The translations under genes and the position numbers were made by a program. A stretch of 64,000 nucleotides of DNA from Candidatus Sumerlaeia bacterium (GTDB taxonomy: Bacteria; Sumerlaeota; Sumerlaeia; SLMS01; JANRJK01), in contig JANRJK010000036.1 in the NCBI GenBank assembly GCA_033764015.1, positions 192,001 through 256,000 on the forward strand. Reading direction: 5' to 3'. Below, in pieces: positions 48,536 to 58,591 of this stretch. The first letter of the stretch is position 1. Each line of letters starts with the position of its first letter. The notes under the pieces were generated by a model. That model was not told the origin of the DNA and did not search any database. It saw only the letters and a program-made list of their open reading frames with translations.

Positions 48536-49119
48536 GAATCGCCCTCGCCTCCGACCACGCCGGCTTCATCTTCCGCCGCGCGATCAGCTTCGAACTCGGC
48601 TCGCAGGGGCACGCGATCGAGGACTTCGGCTGCCCGAGCGAAGACGCCGCGGACCTGGTGGACTTCGTGGCGCCCGCGGCGGAGGCGCTCGGCAAAGGGC
48701 GCTTCGACTTCGGCATCTTCATCGACGGCGCGGGCTACGGACCGGGCATGATCGCGAACTTCTTCCACGGCGTCTTCGCCGCGGTGGCGAACGATCCGGT
48801 CGCGGCGCGGCTGGCGCGGGAGCACGGCGGCGCCAACGCGTTGTGCCTCGGCACCAAGGTCGCCGGCGAGCTGGTGCTCCGGGAGACCGTGAAGGCGTTC
48901 CTCGCCGCGGAGCCGTTGCCCGGCAAGTACCAGGAGCGCCGCGAAAAGGTGCGCGCGGTGGCCGAGCGCCAGCGCGTCGGACCGATGTTCCGCAAGCGCG
49001 CGGTGGTCACCGTGGACGACCTGAAGGAGGCGGTGCTGCAGCGGCAGCCCCTCATCATCGACCGCGACACGGTGGTGACGCCGAGCGTCCTCGAGGCGGT
49101 GCGCTCGCTGCGCCCGTGA
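48532..49119 (+). CDS. rpiB: RpiB/LacA/LacB family sugar-phosphate isomerase with C-terminal extension
   Basis: IALASDHAG, IDGAGYG, AREHGGANALCLG. Confidence 0.88.
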   Translation: MRIALASDHAGFIFRRAISFELGSQGHAIEDFGCPSEDAADLVDFVAPAAEALGKGRFDFGIFIDGAGYGPGMIANFFHGVFAAVANDPVAARLAREHGGANALCLGTKVAGELVLRETVKAFLAAEPLPGKYQERREKVRAVAERQRVGPMFRKRAVVTVDDLKEAVLQRQPLIIDRDTVVTPSVLEAVRSLRP

Positions 49120-50486
49120 GCGATCCGCGCCCCGCGGCCGACCCGCGCGAGGTCGCCCGAACTTCCGTCGTCGACTCCTTCGGCCAGCTCGCCGTCATCG
49201 CCGTCAGCATGGCGGGGGGCATCTTCCTCAGCCGCCTGCTCGGGGCCGACGGGCGCGGCGCGTTCGTCCTCGCCACTTCCGTTGTGACAGGGGTGATCGC
49301 GGACCTCGCGGCGCTCGGGCTCGGCGTCGCCGCGCAGGTGTTCGCATCGAAGCACCGCGCCCGCGTGGGCGAGGTCCACACGCTGGCGCTGGCGGGCATC
49401 GCGGCGTCGTCGCTGGTCGCGGTGCTCGTGGGCCTCGCGGCGGGGCCGTTCCTGCTCGACACGGTGTTCAAGGGGCTGCCTTGGCGCTTCTGGGCGCTGC
49501 AGCTCGCGACGCTGCCGTTCCTGCTCTACCTGCCGGTGGGCTACGGCATCCTGGTGGGGCTGGGTCAGGTGCGGCGGCGCTCGGCGTTCGACGTGGTGTT
49601 CTACGCGCTGCAGAACGTCGCGATCGTCGGTGTGCTCCTGGCGGGCGTTTACTGGGTGCGGGTCGAGCCGGTGGCCGAGCTGGTGTTCCTCTTCTGCGGA
49701 ATGCAGGCGCTGGGGGCGGCGGCGCTGGCGCGGGAGGTGTCCCGGCACGCTCCGTTGCTCGCGAAACCGGGGCGCGACCTCGCGCGTCCGTTCTACCGGT
49801 ACGGCATCGTCGTTTGGTTCGGCCAGATCCCGAACGCGGTCGCGTGGCGCATCGACCAGTTCATCGTGAACGGCATGCTCGGCACGACGGCGCTGGGGGT
49901 GTACAACCTCGCGACGAGCAACGCGCAACGCTCGACCGTGCCGGCGCTGGCGGTGACGCGGACGCTGCACGCGCCGGTTGTGGCGGCGGGGACGCGGGAG
50001 GCGGCGGAGCTTTGCGCGCTCGGCTTCCGCCAACTGCTGGTGGTGGGCGCGTTCACCTTCCTCGCGGGAATCGCGGTGGCGCCGCTTTTCCCGGTGGTGT
50101 TCGGCGAAGACTTCCGGGGCGCGGGGGAGCTCTTCCTCGTGGTGCTGGCGGGGTGGGTGTTCCACAACGCCTCGCGGTGCGTGTCGCTCTTCTACTCCGG
50201 ACACTTGGTGGATCCGACCGTGCCGACGGTGGTGAACTGGGTGGTGCTTCCGTTGCAGGGCGCGCTGACGTGGGCGCTGGCCGCCCGGTTCGGGCTGATG
50301 GGGGCGGCGGCGGCGACAGCGGCCAGCTACTCGCTCGTGTGCGCCGGGCTGGTGGCTGCGTTCCTGCGGCGCGCGGACACACCGACTTTGGGCGGGTTCC
50401 TGCGGTTCGGCCCGCAGGACCGCGATGCGTGGGCGGGGCTGCTGGCGCCGCTACGGGCGCGCTTCGCCAAGCAGCCGCGCCCATAG
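49116..50486 (+). CDS. Polysaccharide flippase (Wzx-like, MOP superfamily)
   Basis: GTGA overlap; multi-TM; SRLLGADGRGAF, RIDQFIVNGMLGTTALGVYNLA, FGLMGAAAAT. Confidence 0.82.
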   Translation: MSDPRPAADPREVARTSVVDSFGQLAVIAVSMAGGIFLSRLLGADGRGAFVLATSVVTGVIADLAALGLGVAAQVFASKHRARVGEVHTLALAGIAASSLVAVLVGLAAGPFLLDTVFKGLPWRFWALQLATLPFLLYLPVGYGILVGLGQVRRRSAFDVVFYALQNVAIVGVLLAGVYWVRVEPVAELVFLFCGMQALGAAALAREVSRHAPLLAKPGRDLARPFYRYGIVVWFGQIPNAVAWRIDQFIVNGMLGTTALGVYNLATSNAQRSTVPALAVTRTLHAPVVAAGTREAAELCALGFRQLLVVGAFTFLAGIAVAPLFPVVFGEDFRGAGELFLVVLAGWVFHNASRCVSLFYSGHLVDPTVPTVVNWVVLPLQGALTWALAARFGLMGAAAATAASYSLVCAGLVAAFLRRADTPTLGGFLRFGPQDRDAWAGLLAPLRARFAKQPRP

Positions 50487-51575
50487 GCGCTCGCGCGCGT
50501 CGGCGGCGGCGGCGATCGTGAACCGCGCGCGGACGCGCTCCCGGCCCGCGGCGCCGAGCCGCTCGGACAGGAAGCGGTCGTTGAGTAAGGCAAGCATCCG
50601 GGCGGCGAGTCCGTCCGCGTCGCCGCGCCCCGCGAGGAAGCCGGTCGAGCGGTCCGCGACCAGTTCGCGCGTGCCGCCGGCGTCGGTCGCGACGACGGCG
50701 AGGCCGGCGGCCATCGCCTCCGCGACCGCGTTCGGGAGGCTCTCCTCCTCGGAGGCGTGGACCAGGAAGGCGGCTTCCGCGCGGAGCCGGCGGAGGTCCG
50801 GCGCCGCGCCCGCGAAATCGACGGAGCGGGCCACCCCGAGGCGCTCCGCCTGCGCGCGGAGCTCGGCCCCCAGGCCCTCGTCGCGCCCTGCGAGCACCAG
50901 CCTTGGCCGCGAGGGATGCACCGCGACGCGCGCCCACGCCCCGAGCAGCAGCGAATGCCCCTTCCCGGGTTGCAGGTGCGCCACGCACAGGACCCGCGGT
51001 GGATCGGCGGGGGCTCGCGGCGTCGCGTCGGCGGGGTAGCCGTTGCGCACGACGGCGATGGGTGTCCGCAGCCGCGGGTCGAGGCGCCTGGCGTCGCGCG
51101 CCGCCGCCCGCGAGTTGGCGACTACGGCGTCGGCGCGCCGCGAGGCCCAGGCATCGAGCAGGCGGGCCACGGGGCGGCCGCGCTTGAATCGCTCGAGCTG
51201 GCGCCGGGAAACGAGGAAGGGCCCGCGGTGCCCGGCGAGCAGCGCCGCCGCCGCGCCCCAAACATGCGCGTGGAACAGCCACGCCTCGAACACGTCCGGG
51301 CGCCACCGGCGGAGGAAGCGGGCGGTGCGCGCGAGCGCGGCGGCGGTCGCCCACCAGACGCGCGGCGACCACCACCGCTCCCAGCGGGGCAGCCCCGCCA
51401 CGAAGACCCCGACCCCCAGGGCGCGGGCTTCGGCGAGGCGGGCGCCCTCCGCGCGGAGCAGCATCAGCGCGACCGTGTGCCCGCGGGCGGCGAGTTCGCG
51501 CGCGAGCAGGAGCAATTGCCCTTCCGCGCCACCGTCGCGCATGGATCCGATCAGGAAGGCGGCGCGGCGCTTCAT
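50451..51575 (-). CDS. Glycosyltransferase family 4
   Basis: GGAEGQ, KGH, EESLPNAVAEAMAAGLAVVATDAGG. Confidence 0.9.
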   Translation of the reverse strand: MKRRAAFLIGSMRDGGAEGQLLLLARELAARGHTVALMLLRAEGARLAEARALGVGVFVAGLPRWERWWSPRVWWATAAALARTARFLRRWRPDVFEAWLFHAHVWGAAAALLAGHRGPFLVSRRQLERFKRGRPVARLLDAWASRRADAVVANSRAAARDARRLDPRLRTPIAVVRNGYPADATPRAPADPPRVLCVAHLQPGKGHSLLLGAWARVAVHPSRPRLVLAGRDEGLGAELRAQAERLGVARSVDFAGAAPDLRRLRAEAAFLVHASEEESLPNAVAEAMAAGLAVVATDAGGTRELVADRSTGFLAGRGDADGLAARMLALLNDRFLSERLGAAGRERVRARFTIAAAADARERLWARLLGEARP

Positions 51576-52759
51576 GGAGCGAAGCGGCGGCGGGAACGGC
51601 GCAGCGCGCTGGCGTACATGCGCTCGTGGCGGAGCGCAAGCCTCGCCACGGTGAACTCGCCGGAGAGCGCGCGCTCCCGCGCGGCTCCGCCCAGCTTCGC
51701 CCGCAGCGCGGGACGCTCGACCAGGTGCGCCAGCGCGCGGGCGATCGCGGCGCGGTTGCCCTTCGGCACCAGCCAGCCGGTGCGTCCGTGCTCGAGCAGC
51801 TCGGGCACGCCGCCGACCCGCGTCGCGACGACCGGGAGGGCGGCCGCCATCGCCTCGAGCACCGCGTTCGGGAGGCCCTCGGCGTCGCTGGGATGCGCTA
51901 GGAGATCCGCGCGGCGTAGCCAGGGGCGCACGTCGGCGCAATCGCCGGCGAAGTGTAGGCGCTCCGCGAGGCCGCGGCGCCGGGCGAGCGATTCGAGGCG
52001 TCGCCGCTCGCCGCGGTCTTCGCCCACAAGGACGAGGGCGAGCTTCGGGAAGCGCGGAAGGATGTCCGCGCAGGCTTCGACGAGCAGGTCGTGGCGCTTC
52101 ACCGCGCGCAGGTTGCCGACGGCCAGGACGAGCGGCGAGGCGTCCGCCAGTTGCGGGGGGAGGGCGGCGGGCACGACGCCGGAGAGGTCGCGGAAGCCGT
52201 CCGGGAGCGCGTTCGGGATCACATGCAGGCGGGGCTCGCTGAGAGGTTCGCGCGCGAGGACGGCGCGCTCGACCGCGACGGCGTTGGCCATTACGCGGTC
52301 CGTCAGCGGCGCGAGGAGGTACGGCAGGATCCGGTACGCGGCGCCCTGCGGAAGCGACCCGGGGAGCTGCAGCCGGCAGGTCGCGGAAACCGGCGTGCCC
52401 GCCAGGAGCCCCGCGAGCAGCGCAACGGGGTCGGACCAGACGAGGAACGACTGGACGACAGTGGCGCGCTCCCGGCGGAGCAGCGCCGCCAGGCGCCAGA
52501 CGCCGCGCGCGAAGGCGAGCCAGAAGCGGGGCGAGCGCTTCGGCAGTTCGAGGCCCGCGGGGACGACGGCGAGGCGGAAGCCGGCCGCGGCGGCCCGCTC
52601 CGCCAGCGGGTTCTCCTCCGAGAGGGTCGCGATGGCGACGCGCCAGCCGCGCTCCCGCAGGCCGCGGGCGAGTTGGAGCGCCTGCAGCTCCGCGCCCCCC
52701 CTCCCGAAGGAGGGGAAGACGAAGACGGCGCGCTTCGGCGTGGTGCGTGCAGTTGACAA
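51572..52759 (-). CDS. Glycosyltransferase family 4
   Basis: GGAELQ, VKRH, EGLPNAVLEAMAAALPVVATRVGG. Confidence 0.9.
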   Translation of the reverse strand: MSTARTTPKRAVFVFPSFGRGGAELQALQLARGLRERGWRVAIATLSEENPLAERAAAAGFRLAVVPAGLELPKRSPRFWLAFARGVWRLAALLRRERATVVQSFLVWSDPVALLAGLLAGTPVSATCRLQLPGSLPQGAAYRILPYLLAPLTDRVMANAVAVERAVLAREPLSEPRLHVIPNALPDGFRDLSGVVPAALPPQLADASPLVLAVGNLRAVKRHDLLVEACADILPRFPKLALVLVGEDRGERRRLESLARRRGLAERLHFAGDCADVRPWLRRADLLAHPSDAEGLPNAVLEAMAAALPVVATRVGGVPELLEHGRTGWLVPKGNRAAIARALAHLVERPALRAKLGGAARERALSGEFTVARLALRHERMYASALRRSRRRFAP

Positions 52760-52953
52760 GGGGCGGCAGGGTCTACAGCAGGGTCGGCGTGGCGGCGGGG
52801 AAAGGCGCCGCGAACGACGTTGAGCCCTCGCCCGGCAGGGCTAAAGCCTTTTCACCGTCGCGGGGGACGCGGGTTCATCGTTGAACCGATGCGGGGCCGC
52901 GGCTAGTCTGCCGCCTTGAACACAGCCCCGGAGGAACCGGCGAGGACTGGGAA

Positions 52954-53451
52954 ATGGCCAACAAGGCAATGATCATCAAGGGGGCCGTGGTGGCTGTCCT
53001 CTTCGGCGGCGCCGCACTGATCGGTGTGTACCAGTACCGGAAGACCACCGTGCTCACACCGCCCCCGGTCGAGAAGGTGGTCCTCGAACCGAAGACGGCG
53101 GCGGTGGGCCCCGTGACGGAGAAGCTGATCGGAAAGATCACCTCGGACGCGCTGCTATCGGAGCGGCTTTCACAGGTGGTCCCGACGATGCCGGAGGTGA
53201 CGGATGTCACCGGAACCGTGGTCGAAAAGTTCCGGCTGCGCTTCAACACCGTGGAGGAGGCGGCCGACGAGGCCGGCCCGGCGGGAACCCGCATCGTCAC
53301 TTCCTGGGTGCTGACCGGCGAGAACGAGATCCGCTTGGTGGTCGACGTGGACCTCTGGAAGACGCCGGAGGGCTTCGACATCACGCGTTTCGCCGTGGCC
53401 GAGACGCGGATCCCGGTGGACCAGCTGCGAATGCCGCCGGGAACGCCCTGA
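52954..53451 (+). CDS. Membrane-anchored hypothetical protein
   Basis: N-terminal TM helix; GAGG upstream. Confidence 0.7.
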   Translation: MANKAMIIKGAVVAVLFGGAALIGVYQYRKTTVLTPPPVEKVVLEPKTAAVGPVTEKLIGKITSDALLSERLSQVVPTMPEVTDVTGTVVEKFRLRFNTVEEAADEAGPAGTRIVTSWVLTGENEIRLVVDVDLWKTPEGFDITRFAVAETRIPVDQLRMPPGTP

Positions 53452-53452
53452 T

Positions 53453-55096
53453 TCAGCTCGGCGGCGGCGGCCCGAGCGACCCGTCGCTGGTCTTCATCGG
53501 GTAGTCGATCCGCGCGAACAGCGGCGCGCGCGGCAGCAGCCGCCAAGCCAGCGCGGCGGGAGCGAGCGCGGCGAGCAGCCACAGCAGCCAGCCGGCGGCC
53601 TGGCGCCCCTTGGGCGCGTTGGGCGCGTACACCCTGCGCATCAACCGATCGCCGAGCCACGGCGTGAACTCCATCTTCCAGAACGACTTCGCGTAGGCGC
53701 CGAGAGTCGTGGGAGGCGGATGCGCCACGGTCGCGGCGAAGAACTCCTCGGCCCTGCCGCCCTGGGGCATCTGCGGGTCGGACAGCGAGAGCGGCAGCGA
53801 CAGCGCGAGGCTCGCGACCCCGGTCGCGACCAGCGCGGGAAGCCCCCATCGGTGCGCGGGGGGCGGGTCGTCGCCTTTCTTCGCGGGCTTGGCGAGGCGG
53901 AGCACTTCGCCCAGGCCGAGCGCGAGGAAGGGGATCGCGGGAATCAGGAAGCGCGGGCCCATGGCCCAGCCGCCCCACCACATGTAGTAGCCGCTGTTGA
54001 GCAGCAGGTATCCCGCGAGATACGCGAGGCCCAGCCAGCCGAGGAGGCGCCGCTTTCCGTCCTGGCGGACTCCGAGCGCGCAGCCCACCGCCGCCAGCAG
54101 CAGCACCGGCGACCAGAAGAAGAGGCCGCGCGCCGGATGCAGCGTGATGAACCAGAGCACGTCGAGGCTCGGCGCGCCGATTCCCATGAGGCCCTGCGCC
54201 ATGCGCTCGCGGAAGAGGGGATCCGCGTGGTGCGCGTAGGGATTCACAACCTCGCCGAAAATCGACCAAGTATAGGCGGCGTACAGGCCCGGCGACACGA
54301 ACGCCGCGGCCCAGAAGGCGAGCGCGAGCAGGACGAGCTGGCGGGGATTGCTGCGCAGGCCGGCCATTTCCGCGAACGCCCGCTGGCCCCAGATGCCGCC
54401 CTGGTCGAGCAGCCGCAGGAAGTACACGCCCGCCAGGAGGGCGGAACCGATACCGAAGATCTGGTCGCAGAGCCAGCTATACCCGAGAAGGAATCCGATG
54501 GCGGCGCTGCCGCGGTGCGTCATGCGGCGCGCGGGCGGGAATAGGATCAGCCAGAGCGCGCCGAGCTGGCAGGCGATGCCCGGCGCGTAGGGGTAGAACA
54601 CGGTCGAGTAGCCGAACCACATGCTGCCGAAGAAGGGCAGGAGCGCCGCGAGCAGCGCGCGCCGAGGCGGCACGCCGAGGCGCCCAAGGATGGCGAATAG
54701 GAGTCCCACTGATAAGGCGGCGGGGAGGGCCACGGCCCAAAGGCGCATCGCGTGGTGCCACCAGTCGAACGGCAGCTCGGCGCCAAGTCGCGCCAATACC
54801 CACGCCGGGGGGACCGCCAGGAGCGAGACGCCGAAGATCTTGTCGCTGTAGTAGTGCCCCCCGAAAAACGCCTTGTCGCCCGTTTGGTAGGGCCGCGTGT
54901 TGTGCCAGGGATCGATCTTGAAGTCGCCGTTGTTCGCCACCGCGGCCACCAGCGCGAGGCGGGAGTTGACGTTCCACCCGCCGACGGGATGGTGGACCAG
55001 GGCCAGCGCGAGGAGGGCCGCGCACGCGACGAGGATTGCGGCGCGGCGCAGCGTGTCCAAGGCTGGGGTCGCCTTAGCGGCGGTCGGAGAGGTCAC
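53453..55096 (-). CDS. Polytopic membrane protein, GT-C (ArnT/PMT-like) glycosyltransferase candidate
   Basis: Many TM helices; GDKAFFGGHYYSDK loop; RGLFFWSP; WWGGWAMGPRFLIP; start 55096 (GTG) or 55060 (TTG). Confidence 0.65.
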   Translation of the reverse strand: MTSPTAAKATPALDTLRRAAILVACAALLALALVHHPVGGWNVNSRLALVAAVANNGDFKIDPWHNTRPYQTGDKAFFGGHYYSDKIFGVSLLAVPPAWVLARLGAELPFDWWHHAMRLWAVALPAALSVGLLFAILGRLGVPPRRALLAALLPFFGSMWFGYSTVFYPYAPGIACQLGALWLILFPPARRMTHRGSAAIGFLLGYSWLCDQIFGIGSALLAGVYFLRLLDQGGIWGQRAFAEMAGLRSNPRQLVLLALAFWAAAFVSPGLYAAYTWSIFGEVVNPYAHHADPLFRERMAQGLMGIGAPSLDVLWFITLHPARGLFFWSPVLLLAAVGCALGVRQDGKRRLLGWLGLAYLAGYLLLNSGYYMWWGGWAMGPRFLIPAIPFLALGLGEVLRLAKPAKKGDDPPPAHRWGLPALVATGVASLALSLPLSLSDPQMPQGGRAEEFFAATVAHPPPTTLGAYAKSFWKMEFTPWLGDRLMRRVYAPNAPKGRQAAGWLLWLLAALAPAALAWRLLPRAPLFARIDYPMKTSDGSLGPPPPS

Positions 55097-55098
55097 TC

Positions 55099-56163
55099 TT
55101 GCGCATCCTTGGCATTGAAACTTCCTGCGACGAGACGGCGGCGGCGGTCGTTCAGGACGGGCGCCGCGTGCTGTCGAACCGCGTCTTGTCCCAGATTCCC
55201 CTGCACGAGGTCTATGGGGGAGTCGTCCCCGAGATCGCAAGCCGCGCGCATGTCGAAGCGATCATCCCCATGGTGCGGGGCGCTGTCGAGGACGCCGGCA
55301 TGGCGCTGGCCGATCTGGACGCGGTCGCGGTGACGCGCGGGCCCGGGCTGGTGGGGTGCCTGCTGGTGGGCATGGAGACGGCCAAGGCGCTCGCCCTCGC
55401 GCTGGGCAAGCCGCTGATTTGCGTCCAGCACATCGCGGGGCACCTGTACAGCCCGTACCTGGGGCGCGAACGCGACGCGTGGGGCGCGGAGGTCTCCGCT
55501 CCTCCCCCCCCGTTCGAGCCGTACATCGGCCTGGTCGTGAGCGGCGGCCATAGCAGCGTCGTGCTTGTCGAAGGCCCCGCGCGCTTCACCGTCCTCGGCG
55601 AGACGCTGGACGACGCGGTCGGCGAGGCTTACGACAAGGTGGCGAAGCATATGGGGCTCGGCTACCCCGGCGGACCGCTCCTGGACCGGTTGGCGCAGGA
55701 CGGCGATCCGCGCTCCTTCGCCTTCCCGCGCTCGCTGCTGGACCGGACCGGATTCGATTTCAGCTTCTCCGGCGTGAAGACCGCCGTCGCACGGGCGGTG
55801 GACTCCATGGGGGGTCCGCAGGCCGTGCGCGCGGACGCGGTGCTGCTGGCGAACATCTGCGCGTCGTTCCAGGCGGCGGCGGTCGATGTGCTGCTGGACC
55901 GCGCGGGGCGCGCGCTGCGCCGGCACCGGCTGCGGCGCATCGCGGTGACAGGAGGCGTCGCGTGCAACCGCGGGCTGCGGGCGGCGCTGCGGGCGCGGTT
56001 GAAGGACGCCTGCATCGCGCTTCCGGACCCCGAGTTCTGCACCGACAACGCGGCGATGATCGCGGGCCTCGCATACCACCTCGCGCCGCAGGGCGGCTCG
56101 CCCCCGACGGTGAACGCGACCGCTTCCCTCGCGCTCGCGGGCGACTGGCGGGGAGGCGCCTGA
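55099..56163 (+). CDS. tsaD: tRNA N6-adenosine threonylcarbamoyltransferase
   Basis: LGIETSCDETA, GGVVPEIASRAH, HIAGH, SGGH, DDAVGEAYDK, TDNAAMIA. Confidence 0.96.
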   Translation: MRILGIETSCDETAAAVVQDGRRVLSNRVLSQIPLHEVYGGVVPEIASRAHVEAIIPMVRGAVEDAGMALADLDAVAVTRGPGLVGCLLVGMETAKALALALGKPLICVQHIAGHLYSPYLGRERDAWGAEVSAPPPPFEPYIGLVVSGGHSSVVLVEGPARFTVLGETLDDAVGEAYDKVAKHMGLGYPGGPLLDRLAQDGDPRSFAFPRSLLDRTGFDFSFSGVKTAVARAVDSMGGPQAVRADAVLLANICASFQAAAVDVLLDRAGRALRRHRLRRIAVTGGVACNRGLRAALRARLKDACIALPDPEFCTDNAAMIAGLAYHLAPQGGSPPTVNATASLALAGDWRGGA

Positions 56164-56165
56164 CC

Positions 56166-57038
56166 GTGTCCCTGGAACGCTCGACCACCCGGCGGCTCGC
56201 GCCGCTCGATACATCGTGGTTCGTGGTGCTCGTCCCGGAGCGCGTCGAGTACGCGGGCATGCAGGTGGACTTCCTCGCGGCGGTGTTGGAGCTCGACCGC
56301 TACAGCGCGCGCGCGCGGCTGGCCGCGGCGGCGCCGCAGATCCTGCGCCGCTCGCGTAGCGAGGCGCCCGCGGTGGAGCTCGCCCGGAAGCTCTCCGAGC
56401 ATGGCCTCCGGGCCCACGTGCTGAGCGAGCCGCGCCTGGCGGAGATGCAGCCGGAGGAGGTGAAGTCGCTCGCGCCCGGCAAGGGAGCGCTGGGGCTCAC
56501 GCTGGCCGACTCGCGGACGGAGAGCGTGAAGGTCTCCGACATCGCCGGTCTCGCGCGCGCGGAACTGGAGGAACGCATCCTCCGCGAGTCGCGCCGGGAG
56601 GATCCGCTCATCGGCCAGATCGACGCGGACCGCGAGGTGGAGCGCTCCGCCCGGACGCATGTGTTCGACCTGCACCTAGCGTCGTCGCCGCGGCTGTACC
56701 GGATCGTGGCGGACCGGTTCGACTTCCGCTCGCTGTTCGGAGACAAGCCGGTGCACGCGGCGACGCCGGCGGCGGTCGCGAAGCTTTGGGAGTGGCTCGG
56801 CAAGTGCGCCCCGGCGGCGGAGCGGCACGAGGAGTTCCTCGCCGCGCGCGGCTACCTGGCGGAGAGCCGCGAACTGCTGGCGCAGTGCTCGTCGCTGCAC
56901 GAATGGGGCATGAGCCGCCCGCTCCTTTCCCGCCTGGCGCTGGACCGCACCAAGCGTTTCCGGGAGAGCGACCTGCCGGCGTTCACGCTCTACAGCGCTC
57001 TGTGCCGGTTCACCACGCTCGAGCGGCGGCGGGGTTGA
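56166..57038 (+). CDS. Hypothetical protein
   Basis: GTG 2 nt after the tsaD stop with GGAGG RBS; coding-like composition. Confidence 0.7.
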   Translation: MSLERSTTRRLAPLDTSWFVVLVPERVEYAGMQVDFLAAVLELDRYSARARLAAAAPQILRRSRSEAPAVELARKLSEHGLRAHVLSEPRLAEMQPEEVKSLAPGKGALGLTLADSRTESVKVSDIAGLARAELEERILRESRREDPLIGQIDADREVERSARTHVFDLHLASSPRLYRIVADRFDFRSLFGDKPVHAATPAAVAKLWEWLGKCAPAAERHEEFLAARGYLAESRELLAQCSSLHEWGMSRPLLSRLALDRTKRFRESDLPAFTLYSALCRFTTLERRRG

Positions 57039-57153
57039 CGGGGGTGGGCAAACTCCAGAGAGTCCTGCGCGGCACAGACGCCGCCGCGCAAGTGGGTGAT
57101 ATGGACTCCGGTCGTCCGGGCGCGCCGCGAACCGTCAGGGGTATGATGGGCTG

Positions 57154-58473
57154 ATGCTGGAACTTGCCGTGATTCTCGTGCTCTTGCTGGCGAACGGGTT
57201 CTTCGCGCTGTCGGAGATCAGCGTTGTGTCGAGCCGGAAGCCGAGGCTCGCGCTGATGGCCGATGAAGGGCGCCGCGGGGCGAAGGCTGCTCTCGCGCTG
57301 GCCAACCACCCGGAGGACTTCCTCTCCGCGGTTCAAGTCGGTATCACGCTCGTCGGTATCTTCTCCGGCGCGTTCGGCGGCGCCGCTTTCAACGACGATG
57401 TGGGCGGATTGCTCGCCATGGTGCCCGTCTTCGAGCCCTACAGCGTCGAGATTGCCACGGGCCTGATCGTTGCGGTCCTGACCTACTTCTCCGTCGTTGT
57501 TGGCGAACTGGTCCCGAAGCAGATCGCTCTCCGATCGCCGGAGGGCATGGCATGTATCGTTGCGCCGCCGATGCGACTGCTAGTCACAGCGAGCCGGCCA
57601 GTGGTTTGGCTGCTGAGCGCCTCCTCCCGGATCGCAATGCGTGTGATTGGAAACGGTGCGCAGCAACCGCAAGGGGCGACGGCGGAGGAGATCGCCATGG
57701 TGATGATGGAGGCGAAGGACTCGGGAATCATCGCCGAGGACGAGCAGCTGATCGCCTCGCGGGCACTTCGCCTCTCCGACCTTCCCGTGCGCGTGTTCAT
57801 GACTCCAAGGCACGAGGTGGAGCACCTGCGCCTCGACGATTCGATGGACGCGCTCGACGAAAAGCTCCTTCGGGCCAACCATTCCTACCTGCCTCTGGTG
57901 GACCGGTCTATCGACGACGTCGTCGGAGTTGTCAGGGTCCGCGATGCGCTTCGCAAAGCCATCGAGAGCCCCTTCAGCAAGGACCCGGAGACGAGGCGGG
58001 GGCAGCTTTCGGAGCTAGCGATGCGGCCGGTCATGATCAGCTCGGAGGCATCCGGGACGGATGCGCTTGAACACTTCCGGGCGGAGAAGTCGCACTTCGC
58101 CGTGGTGGTCGACGAGTACGGCGGGACGACAGGCGTCCTTTCGAACCACGATCTGCTCGAGGCCCTCGTGGGGTACATTCCCGGCACAGGAGCGGAAGAG
58201 GATCCGATCGTCCGCCGCGAAGATGGCTCCCTGCTGGCGAGCGGGTGGGTTCCCGTCCAGGAGATATGGACCGTCCTGGGGATGAGGGGGGCGCGGAATG
58301 CCGAGGTGGTCTCTCTGGCCGCGTTGGTTCTGAGCAACATGCAGGGACTGCCCGCGGTGGGACACAAGTGCGAGGCCGCCGGGCTGGTGCTGGAGGTCGT
58401 GGACATGGACGGGGTCCGGATCGACAAGGTGCTTGTGCACGCCCCGCCCGTGGCGTTGGACGCGGGGGGCTGA
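57154..58473 (+). CDS. HlyC/CorC family (CNNM/DUF21-CBS-CorC) transporter-like protein
   Basis: NGFFALSEIS, VQVGIT, GELVPK, MTPR, VVDEYGGTTG, CorC-like end. Confidence 0.93.
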   Translation: MLELAVILVLLLANGFFALSEISVVSSRKPRLALMADEGRRGAKAALALANHPEDFLSAVQVGITLVGIFSGAFGGAAFNDDVGGLLAMVPVFEPYSVEIATGLIVAVLTYFSVVVGELVPKQIALRSPEGMACIVAPPMRLLVTASRPVVWLLSASSRIAMRVIGNGAQQPQGATAEEIAMVMMEAKDSGIIAEDEQLIASRALRLSDLPVRVFMTPRHEVEHLRLDDSMDALDEKLLRANHSYLPLVDRSIDDVVGVVRVRDALRKAIESPFSKDPETRRGQLSELAMRPVMISSEASGTDALEHFRAEKSHFAVVVDEYGGTTGVLSNHDLLEALVGYIPGTGAEEDPIVRREDGSLLASGWVPVQEIWTVLGMRGARNAEVVSLAALVLSNMQGLPAVGHKCEAAGLVLEVVDMDGVRIDKVLVHAPPVALDAGG

Positions 58474-58591
58474 GCGCCGCCGCAGCGTGGCGCGGAGCCA
58501 GCAAGCCCCCTTCCCCTTGCCTGCCGAACACCGTTGATAAAGCCTTGAACCAAGGCGCGCCGCGCGCGCCGCGAAGCCACAGGAGCCCCAC

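Noticed and set aside
57154..58473. Slightly lower-GC hemolysin-family gene as a toxin or acquired island
   Set aside because: Ordinary CNNM/CBS/CorC Mg2+-homeostasis family; no mobility signals
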